Assembly (NCBI GenBank): GCA_964016885.1
Contig: OZ024740.1
Span: 258,850,001 to 258,914,000, forward strand
Direction: 5' to 3'
Origin: Eledone cirrhosa
Lineage: Eukaryota
Length of the DNA stretch: 64,000 bases
Shown here: piece after piece, positions 52,564-64,000 of the stretch
Position numbering within the stretch: the first letter of the stretch is position 1
Layout of the letters: each line of letters begins with the position of its first letter
The notes under the pieces: generated by a model
The model's database searches: none
What the model saw: the letters and a program-made list of their open reading frames with translations, nothing else
What the model was told of the DNA's origin: nothing
Position numbers and translations under genes: made by a program

Positions 52564-52714
52564 GATGAGTGCCAATAAAATACCACAACCAATTTGGAAT
52601 TCAAAATGTTCTGAAAGTGAAATTGCAACACTACCCGAGCAAGGAATTTGACAGGTTAGTTTGACAGATAATGCACAGCTGCCGTAAAGGTGTTAACCTA
52701 CTATTACAAACGAC

Positions 52715-52749
<35 letters not shown>

Positions 52750-54387
52750 GAATAAAGAGTCCCGCGTGGCTAAAATACATACGAATGAATAATACGCATA
52801 GGCGAAGACAGGAAAATGAAAGAATCCAGGCAGTTCCATTTCATCAGTCTTTCGCTAGATGTACGTTGTTTCAGTGCGTACGGGACTAATATAATGGACA
52901 AAGGACAAGGCGATAAACTTAACGACTATTTCCAAATAAGAGTAAATTTACCACCAACCCATGATCTGCAACTGAAAAGATATCAACGAGGCCCAACATA
53001 TTGATTAGCCAAGAAGAAATAAGCGAGAAGGCGGAAGAGACAGAGAATATGCAAACGTTAATAAAAGTATCTTCAGTTTGTTTGGAGTCCTTCTTCACTT
53101 AATCATCTCTCGCTCTCTCTCTCTCTCTCCCTCTCTCTCTCTTTCTCTTTCTCTTCTCTCTCGTTTCCTCGTTGTGTCTGTGTTTTTTACGAAGAAGTGT
53201 CTAGGGCCTTCCCATGAAATGGGAAAATTATTTGTGCTTTGGATGGAAGGACAAACAACATGTACGCATAAGCCTTGTAACATTTCAAGCTAAAGCTAGA
53301 AGTATTTTCGAAACTTTGAAGGAACAGTATGATACTAATGAATGATTTGATCATTAATCACTTTAAAATAAAAAAATAAAATAAAACAAAGAATGAACAT
53401 AAATAAACCGCAAATGAGTAATGCATATAAAATGCCCCTCTCTTGTTAAAAGTAATAGCTAAGCCATATCGATTTATGAATAATTTCCTAAAACGAAACC
53501 ACGTGGTAAGCCACGTGTATCTGTACTAGTTTAGTTTTAGTACAACTACAACAGTTTCCTTTTTTCATCCTCGTATTACGACTATTATTAGTCTAAAATA
53601 AAGTCGCTTGTTCAGGGACACAACGCACAGGCGAAAATCGGACTTTGTGATCGTGAGTCAAACACTCTAAATACTAAGCCTCGCGCTTTCATGTTACCAG
53701 TTCTACTACTAATAACTACAACTACCTCCGCCGCTACCACAAGAACCACCATTACATCAAATTCTATTCTTGTTATTGCGCATAATACTTTCAGTGTTGA
53801 TAATGACTTTAATTCTTTTGATATTATCAAACCGCCTGAACCCGCCCCTCTTTCTAAGATGTTTATGTATATATATGTTAAAAAACTTTCACCATAATTT
53901 TATGTAAGAATCTTTGTTAGGCTAGACTTCAAACGCCAGCTTAATAATGAAAACATTACAAAATCTTTCCAAATTCTTGATTATTTTCAAAGTTTTTGAA
54001 AACAAAGGTAGTGTTTTTCAATAGTAATATGGTAACGAAATGGTTCAGATAAATTGGAGTACTTTTGTCATTGTTTCTCTATATTGTGAGGAGACGAAAT
54101 GAGACTTCCTTCAAGTACAAAACCTGCTACATTAACTAATTTTCTTGATATATGCAACAGCTGTGCTTGCAATGTAGCTTTAGAAAGACGTTGAACGTTT
54201 CTGACAGTTCAATGGCAGATGTAAAAAGACTTCCCCTCTTTCAATCTGCTCTGTCTGTCAGATTTACAACACTGATTATATCTGTAGACTTTGACAGATA
54301 TGGTTTAGTAAAGAGATTTAGTTACGGAAATATACCTAATTACTACTACAACTAAACTAATGACATGTTGCCAAGGTTTGTTGTCGC

Positions 54388-54429
<42 letters not shown>

Positions 54430-54724
54430 CTATTTATGTGTTTGGTTATATATATATTTAATATCTAATATCTAAGCGAATTCTATGATACATATTAGAC
54501 GGAAGCAGATGATATGTGAAGGAATGTATACTTTCCATTTCATACATACTATAACAAACATCCCATTACACACACACGCACATACATACACACACATACA
54601 CACACGCACGCACACACACATACACACACATACACACACGCACGCACACACACATACACACACACACACACACACATACACACATACACACATATACATG
54701 TATATATATGTATATATATATAAC

Positions 54725-54919
54725 AAAGGAGTTGTGGTAAGGAACCAGATGGACCATAACTCACCAGAGTACTCAATACTTAGAGTAGTAGAGTGGGTAA
54801 TAGGAGAAAGTATGACCCCAACGGCAGAGCTCAAGCCGTTTCGACGGCTATTTCTTTTAGTCCAGAAATAGCCGTCGAAACGGCTTGAGCTCTGCCGTCG
54901 GGGTCATACTTTCTTCTAT
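54725..54919. mobile_element. Family D tail plus 56-bp hairpin element
   Basis: Arms 54800-54855 and 54864-54919. Tail homologous to 32656-32723. Confidence 0.75.
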
Positions 54920-55550
54920 GTATATATATATAATAACTAGAAATTGATTAACATATAAATAAACATATGAAACAATCACAGGGGATAATTTTTACAAGTG
55001 TGTAAGCACACATAGCTAGGTAGGTAACTAAATAAAGTTAACTAGAACTTCAAAAATAGATACCTTATAATATGATTAATCTTCCCTGTATATATTCCAT
55101 TAAAGAAATATATTTCACCAATTAATCGAATGGTAAACCACGGATGCCGAAGCTTGAATTTTCAACAAGGAAGAAGTTCACCTGTCTGTGTTATACGCAT
55201 TAAGTTCAAATCAGCGACTGGCCAGTAACACGTGCTGTATCTACTAAAAATACACACATTATACCAGCTTCGTCTCAGTGGCGTGAATAGGGTTATCGAC
55301 AATCAGAAACAGCAGTCAAGTCCTTTCAACAGAGTTAGCTCTACAATTAAGGAGCCGTATTTATATATCTATATCCAAAATTAAGATAAATCAAAATGAA
55401 TTTAATCTAAATCAAACTTATGGGTGTCATGCCACAAGGCATGCGCCATATCACCCATAAATATATATATATATATATGTGTGTGTGTTATAAGGACTAT
55501 AAATATAGCCTAAAAATGCGAGTGATTAGGAAATATCTGCGGTAACTCAT

Positions 55551-55611
<61 letters not shown>

Positions 55612-55859
55612 TATGAGTATATATGTTATATCTTTTCTTAGGCCTCTTCTGCGATCACCTTCCAATTTCCAATTCACTGTAGAAAAACAAACTCGTTTGG
55701 GACTCGTTTATTGCTCATCCGACACAACATGCTCTGCCCAGCATAACTGGCTGCTGATATTCTGTGATTTAATAGTGAGAGTATTTGAACTTTGGAATGT
55801 TGTGTTTGATATTCATCGCTTCTGATAACGAGTGTTCTAGTTCTCCGAATAACATGCTC

Positions 55860-56117
55860 GTGAAGTTAACGTTCAAGTGGCTGTGTATTCCAGAGACACG
55901 TGTACCTTAAACGTAAATCTGAGGGATATTCAACGTTACAGATATAATATGACAAGGCTGGTCTTCTATTACAGATACAACTCATTTTCCCCAGCTGAAT
56001 GAACTGGATCAATGTGAAAAATAAACTATTTTGCTCAAGAATACAATGCGCTCCCGGAAATTGAACTTGCGAGCTTACGACCGTGAGGAGAAAACCTTAA
56101 ACAGTAAGTCACACCCC
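55860..56117 (-). mobile_element. Old, degenerate tRNA-derived SINE
   Basis: Minus-strand B-box-like AGTTCAATTTCC followed by GCATTGTATTCTTGAGCAAAATA. Confidence 0.5.
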
Positions 56118-56738
56118 ACGGTGCCTTGTGTCAATGGTGAGATAATCAGATCTTTGTATTACTTCGGTCTTTGATGGTAGTATTTGCCGCTGGATATTAC
56201 TTATGCATCACAACTATGTTTTTAATGAGAACTCTCAAGCAGTATGAAGTGTCGATTGTATGTTGCTAAGATCTCAAATGATTATGAATGACCTTGTGGA
56301 GACCAATCCAGAAACTTTTATATATATACAAACTTATCAGTCATTCATTACACATATCACAATGTTTCGTGTTAACTTATCAAAGTCTTTAATATTTAAC
56401 GTGATGCAATCCTATTGGTGTTTTGTGCTTTACAAGAATGTCTAACTAATGTGGTTTCATATGATACAGGAGGTTAAGAGTTAATCTATTTATTAGTAAT
56501 TTATTAATTTCTAAAACGGAAAAAAGGCCTGAAATGTGGATTAAGGGTATAATTGATTATATCCACCTCGGTATTTTACTGGTAATATATTTTATCGAAA
56601 ACGTAAGAATGAAAAACCAAAGTTTAACTTGAACACAGTAAGTGAAGGCTCTACTATAACATGATAGTTCGCCAACGTAAAATTATGTCTGCTGCTTTAC
56701 CAAACTTATCAATTCACCACCATTTTTGTTTTCTGTTA

Positions 56739-56740
<2 letters not shown>

Positions 56741-56831
<91 letters not shown>

Positions 56832-56844
56832 CAGCAGCAGCAGC

Positions 56845-56880
<36 letters not shown>

Positions 56881-57005
56881 TAATCTCCAAGACAAAGATT
56901 TTCTCTCTTCGGTAGTTTTATCAGTGGTTTGAGAAGAGTTAGTTTTGAATGAATGAATGAAAGAAGAAGAAGAAGAAGAAGAAGAAGAAGAAGAAGAAGA
57001 AGAAG

Positions 57006-57034
<29 letters not shown>
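56741..57034. repeat. (GTA)n(GCA)n and (GAA)n microsatellites
   Basis: Directly visible. Confidence 0.9.
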
Positions 57035-57036
<2 letters not shown>

Positions 57037-57516
57037 GTTTTGAATAACTAAAGAAAGGAATCAGCGTCATTGTGACTGCTTCCTTTTATTTATTCGTTGT
57101 TGTTTTTTAATTTGTGGGTGTGGCGGGGGTCGAAGAATATTAAAGTTATCTCTGCCTGTTATTATCATTGTAAGCCGTAATAACGGAAAAAAGACAAGAT
57201 ACTCCACGACTGCATTGGCTTTGTGGCAGTTTCTAAACAACCAACGAATCATGTTTGCTTGGCCCCCCAGGCGTTTCCATATTATCGCCAACCAACAACA
57301 CAACGAACAACGTCTTCTCTCACCATTTATACACATATACACATACACATACAAATTCACTCACACTTACATATACACAGATACAAGCGCACACACACAC
57401 ACATACACACGCACACACATGTAACCCCCTCCATATGTATATATCAAGTATGTGTGTGTGTGTGTGTGTGCTTATATGGGTGTGTGTTTGTATCTCTGTA
57501 TGTTTGTATCATATAC

Positions 57517-57550
<34 letters not shown>

Positions 57551-57904
57551 CATACTAACATACAGACACACAGACATACATAGCGGTTGACACAAACACT
57601 TTCGGACAAGTACTCACATACACACAAATATATACATATGCACATACACACACACACATACAGACACACACACATTTACAGGTACACACAGATTGGCACA
57701 TATACAATCACACAGGTACACAACGGAACGATATCTCGCATTTAAGATTAAAACTGGATTGAACAGATTAAATCAAAGTGAGAGATAGTGATGAGACCGG
57801 ACCAAGCTAGACAAGACTGTATGATACTCGGTTAGACCAGAATCAACCAGAATCAACCAGAATCAACTACAATCTTCACTAGATTCTATTATTATCTATC
57901 TATG

Positions 57905-58098
57905 AGGGCGGTGAATTGGCAGTATCGGTAGAGGGTTGGACGCCATGCTTTCCAGCATAGTTACGTCCCTTTACGGACTGAGTTCAAATCCCGCCGAGGT
58001 TAACTTTGCCTTTCATCCTTACGGGGTCGATAAAATAAAGTACCAGTAATATACTGGAGTAATTGCTGGCCTTGTGCCAAATGTAGAAACAATTATTA
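57905..58098 (+). mobile_element. tRNA-derived SINE (family S1)
   Basis: Complete copy. Confidence 0.9.
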
Positions 58099-58965
58099 TC
58101 TATCTATTATATTGAAGCTATTAATTCTATTGTAAAGACGTGTCACCTCGAGCAAGTATTGACGCATACCTCGTTAGGGAAAGTAGATAGAAATTGTATG
58201 AATTCCCGTCAGTTGAATGTAGCTGCAAATCAAAGAACCAACCTTGCCATATACTGTGCAATGTTGAATCTCATTGACAGTTACGTTAAGGGTAAACGTG
58301 TCTGTGGGATGCTCAGCCACTTACATGTTAATTCCACGACTGAAAAACTGATACGCTCACCGTTCGGTAATGAATGTAACCACATTCGTTACCACATCAA
58401 TTAAAATATATGTACGTATTTAGCAGCAATTTGTTCCATATCACCAATGTCTTTGTCTTATGCGGCCCTCCTTTTTTTTTTTAATATATATACATATATG
58501 TAAACATTAATTGAAAAGGATTGAAACGGTATTTGTATATGAATTTTAATAAAATAGTAGTATTCACAGTGCGAAGGGTAACCGTAAACAGCGGAATACT
58601 ATATGTATAGTGAAAAGTCGGGTTAAGATATAACCTCATATCGAACGGAGAGTGGGAGAGAAAGAGAGTCTAAAGCATGAGATGAGAGGGTTATAGAGAC
58701 AGAAAAAATGAAGAGGAGGAGAAGAGAAAAGCAAGAATGAGAGGAAAAAAGCAAGAACGAGATAGATGAATGGAGCAGAACTTCAAACCTTTTCGGTTAA
58801 TGTTTACATACATAATTTGAGCCATATTGGCTTTCTAAATCGAACGAATACGGTACCAGTAACAGATAGCTCTTTATATCTTTATCTATCTACCTATTTT
58901 GTCTCTCCTTCTCTCCCCCACCCGCATCCTATCTATTTTTTTTTTCTCTCGCTATTGCCTATCAC

Positions 58966-59023
<58 letters not shown>

Positions 59024-59355
59024 ATGTATGTATGTATGTATGTACATGGGGGGGGGTAGTTAGGTGTGTAATAACTGTTACAGGCGACGCGCCACTTGAA
59101 GCCCTCAATGCTGTTACGAGGTCCGTTTCATTTGGGTTGTATTCCGGTGTTGTGTGAAGCATGTAAAGAGATTTGAAAGAGTCGAAGTCAGTGTTGCAGT
59201 GTACAAGCTTGGTTTCCTTATTACAATTGTTTCGATATCGATCAGCTCAGAGTAAAATCAATGTGACGGTGCCCCATTCCTTTTCGACATCTTGTCAGCT
59301 ATACGAGCTTAGCTTCTATGTGCAAATACACATGTGTCTTTGCACATATAAGCAT

Positions 59356-59444
59356 GCATATCTGACGAGATGTCGATAAAGAATTGAGCCCCATCACCTT
59401 GATCCTACCCTGAGCTGATCGATATCGAAACAATTGTAATATGC
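59356..59444 (+). ncRNA. Type-I hammerhead with long stem II, family H (diverged inverted copy at 59216-59303)
   Basis: gcatat CTGACGA gatgtcga...tcgatatc GAAA caattg TA atatgc. All stems pair. Confidence 0.85.
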
Positions 59445-60192
59445 AAATAAAGTTTGTACATATGCTGCTAAACTGATATATATATATATATACGTAGGTA
59501 AATAGAAACCTCAGCGTAAGGAAGCTGTTAAAACAGCAAAATGTACCTCGAAGGACAGAATTCAGCGGCTCAGAGAGAGTTTACTCGAAATATTGATAGG
59601 AAGGAAGAATTAGAATGGATGAGAAGAGATCACAGACATTAAAATACGCTCATCAGATTTCAGACCACCTGCAGTTTCAACGATTGAACTGAAATGACTG
59701 CGTAAAAACAGAGAAATATATATCTTCGTTGGTATAATGTTTATGTTGGGGCAGGTCAGAGAAAGAGAGAAAAATGATGTGCGTCTACTCGACCTCAAGT
59801 CGTCGCAAGACAGGAAGAACAATGTCATTGTAAGAGGAAGTGGCCTGTAGAGGGGAGACGGGAAGAAAGCAAGGCAAAAATGAGAGGGAGGGAGAAAAAG
59901 AAATAACGAAAGAACGGCGAACAGAGGAAGATTTCTGTCCTTGGAGGTAAGGTTTTACCCAACGCCGTTTCGAAGGCATTTTGCTGTTTTTACAGCTTCC
60001 TTACGTCGAGTTTTTTCCTTTTTCCAACGAATTCAAATAGACTCGCGTTTCAAAACTCGATATTCGAATCAATTTTGTTTATATATATATATATGTGTGT
60101 GTGGGGGGGGGGGGGGGGGGGTTAAAAATAAACAGAAATAACAACACAATCGGTACAGTATATGGAAGGGATATATGTATATATAGATAGAT

Positions 60193-60460
60193 ATAGATAT
60201 TGGAAAATGTGTGAAATCCTTGGTACAGTTAGGTATATTTGAAAAAAGGAAAAGAATGACTTCACTTGTAGTTCTAAACAATTTAATTTTATAATATTAC
60301 AATTTTACAATTTTGTTTTGTAGATCTAGTAGATCTACAAAATTGTAAAATTGTAATATTATAAGATTAAATTGTTTAGAACTACAAGTGAAGTCATTCT
60401 TTTCCTTTTTTCAAATATACCTAACTGCACCAAGGATTTCACACATTTTCAAATATCTAT
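60193..60460. mobile_element. Fold-back element, centre 60329
   Basis: Near-perfect arms of about 135 bp. Same family as 42117-42540. Confidence 0.8.
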
Positions 60461-60636
60461 ATCTATATCTATATATAATATAAAAAGAAAGATGTTTATT
60501 GGCTGGCTGGCTGGCTAGCTGGCTGGTTGTATCACACGAAAACTACACAGACACACACAAATACATATACACACATCAAAAGAAAGAGACACACGGGCCG
60601 TTATACAGAGAGGGATACAATTAAAGTGTTAAATAT

Positions 60637-60739
<103 letters not shown>

Positions 60740-61059
60740 AGAGAGAGAGAGAGTGACGCCCCACAAAAGTAGCAGTTGAGGGTTTAACAATATTGCGTTA
60801 GCTTTCATAAAGTATTTGATTTTGCAGCACAAAGAAAAATTGATACTATTTGAAATTAATCTACCCTTCAGCTTTTATCCATATACTACTTACATACATT
60901 ACTAACGAAGCAGCACTTCAAAAGCAACGTTATGCGATATATTGGTGTATTTCAGATGACGTCCTTTGGAGCTGAAAAGGATCATACTGACTATGGTTAT
61001 TTCACATTTAAAATCGAAGGCCAATGCTACCATTTAATCGGCAGTTTACCTAATAAAGA

Positions 61060-61209
61060 AGTTTTATGATTGTTTTTTTTTATGTCTCTCTCACACACAC
61101 TCACACTACGGTCTCACCTCATACCAGAGAAAACAACAGTATTTTATGTGCTGTCTAGTATGAGGTGAAACCGTAATGTGTGTGAGAGAGACATAAAAAA
61201 AATCATAAA

Positions 61210-61213
<4 letters not shown>
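61060..61213. repeat. Short inverted repeat containing an HHR 3' half (GAAAccgTA)
   Basis: Arms 61060-61124 and 61159-61213. Confidence 0.6.
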
Positions 61214-61283
<70 letters not shown>

Positions 61284-61620
61284 ATAATTATGTAAATTAT
61301 ATATTTATAGAAGTGCTTATATCTGTATGTGTATAACGACAGTGACACACACCTTTTATATTTTATCATGTTTTGTCTACCAAGAACAAACTGTCTGTTA
61401 GTATCTCACTTGCAAGTGTATATATCAAAACTCTGGTAGTTTTATATACATCACACCACTGGTGTATGTTTATACACCAGGCCACCACTGAGAACATGGG
61501 GCTGCATAATAGTAAGTGTTTATATAGTAAGGCAGACATTGATAGCACACATACTTATGTACAGACTCACACACATATAACTACATATATATGTGTGTGA
61601 GCGTGTGTGAATGTGTGCAA

Positions 61621-61661
<41 letters not shown>

Positions 61662-61667
<6 letters not shown>

Positions 61668-62043
61668 AGAAAAAAAGAGAATCAGTGTTGCGAGGAATGG
61701 AATTTATTGGTCATATTACAATCGTTTCTCTGGCGACCAGCTCGAGGCACGATCGATATGATGACCGAACCTAACTCAGAAAATCGCAAGGTCCTCAAAT
61801 ATGTCTTGATTCTACGAAGCAAATTTTCCTATCTGAGGACCTTGCCATTTTCAGAGTTAGGTTCGATCATCAAATCTATCGTTCTTCGAGCTGGTCGCCA
61901 GAGAAACGATTGTAATATGTCCAATAAATTCCACTCGTCGCAACACTGATTCTCTTTTTTTCTATGATATCATACTCTGCTCTATGAGAGCATCGAGTGC
62001 TCATACGTCCTACCGCATACGGACGCTTTAAGCATCCAACACC

Positions 62044-62046
<3 letters not shown>
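61662..62046. mobile_element. Family F inverted-repeat element, HHRs at 61710-61805 (-) and 61830-61921 (+), tail 61971-62046
   Basis: Composite of the two arms: gacatat CTGAGGA...GAAA cgattg TA atatgtc. (TA)n flanks. Confidence 0.8.
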
Positions 62047-62141
<95 letters not shown>

Positions 62142-62174
62142 ATGTATATGCATGTGTGCATTTGTATGTATATG

Positions 62175-62520
62175 CGCGGGGACATAGAAATAGTCGGCTT
62201 GGATACCCGATCGCGCGGTTAAACCACTGGGAGTGAAGGACCCCTAGCCTTTATCAGGGCATTCTTCTAAGAGAGGACAACTCAGGGAACTGGGATAACT
62301 CCGACATAAAACCTGCGGCTCAATAGTTACCGATGATGTTGATCTTTTCTTCTTTTTGGTTTATAGCTACTGTCGCTCTGACTGTGGGATTGGCTCAGAG
62401 CACAGTCTTACCTCTCTTTAAAAAATATCTTCACGCACAGGCATTGCACGATAGAATTAATTAATAATGGTATATCGTGCAATGGCCATACTCGATTACC
62501 TGGGGGCATCCATCATTGTA
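62175..62520 (+). mobile_element. Distant relative of the (TGTA)n-tailed retroposon
   Basis: gacccctagcctttatcagggca...aacctgc...gatgatgttgatcttttcttctttttggt aligns by eye to the minus strand of 39630-39780. Confidence 0.55.
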
Positions 62521-62540
62521 TTTATATAACAAATTAATTG

Positions 62541-63615
<1,075 letters not shown>

Positions 63616-63689
63616 GTTGCGTATAATGGTAGCTGTGGTGCCTCCATAGGCGGTATGCCAAAATTAACACTCGATATTCAGCAGAGAGA

Positions 63690-64000
63690 GAGAGCAATGG
63701 ATTCAGGAAACAATGTGGGACCTGATTGATGAACGAAAGAAGGTGAAAGTTGAGCGATATTCTGCCAGATCGGAGGAAGATCGGGTGAAAAGAAATGCCG
63801 CATACCGCCAAATTGTCTGACTAGTAAAGCGAAGCTGCCGGCGGGACAAACGCGTCTGGTTGGAGAAAAAAAGGTGCTGAAGCGAAGGAAGCTGTTGGTC
63901 GTAATGACACGAAAACACTGTGCCGCATAGTGAGGGATTTGACGGAAGTGTTGAGCAGTGCCTACATGTCATTGTAGGACAAAAATGGCAAGACATTGAC
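63690..64000 (+). pseudogene. RTE-clade LINE ORF fragment (region between endonuclease and RT), running off the window
   Basis: [19 protein letters not shown]...VKRSCRRDKRVWLE...EAVGRNDTKTLCRIVRDL, with a stop and a frameshift. Confidence 0.7.

Noticed and set aside
52830-52880. Minus-strand GAAAcaacgTA followed by CTGATGA as a type II HHR
   Set aside because: Stems I and II do not pair convincingly.
59505-60012. Short inverted repeats with a GAAAcggcg word
   Set aside because: The inverted repeat is real, but no valid HHR core or orientation could be assigned.

Overview
This is eukaryotic, repeat-saturated DNA, most likely from an octopus or other cephalopod (inferred from the tRNA-derived SINE families and the extreme (TA)n/(CA)n density). 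I recognise no host protein-coding gene. Almost all short ORFs in the track are microsatellite artefacts. The window contains: (1) a young, apparently intact Ty3/Gypsy LTR retrotransposon (598-6103, minus strand) inserted in a (TA)n tract; (2) a 5'-truncated Penelope-like element (PLE) with an open RT + GIY-YIG ORF; (3) GIY-YIG-only fragments of three further PLE families; (4) about a dozen families of short (TA)n-inserted elements, most carrying type-I hammerhead ribozyme (HHR) motifs and usually arranged as inverted repeats or fold-backs; (5) non-autonomous Helitrons, RTE-clade and RLE-type LINE fragments, a (TGTA)n-tailed non-autonomous retroposon, many SINEs and a 3.8-kb 29-bp satellite. 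The most striking unexplained signal is a covarying bulged stem-loop, RCTC-[variable hairpin]-TN-GAGY(NCT), found in 16 places in the 3' tails of otherwise unrelated HHR families. In eight families the short inverted arm of the element stops about 3-5 nt upstream of this stem. That suggests a conserved RNA element positioning reverse-transcription priming on (TA)n targets. All structures were folded by eye. Coordinates may be off by a few bases.
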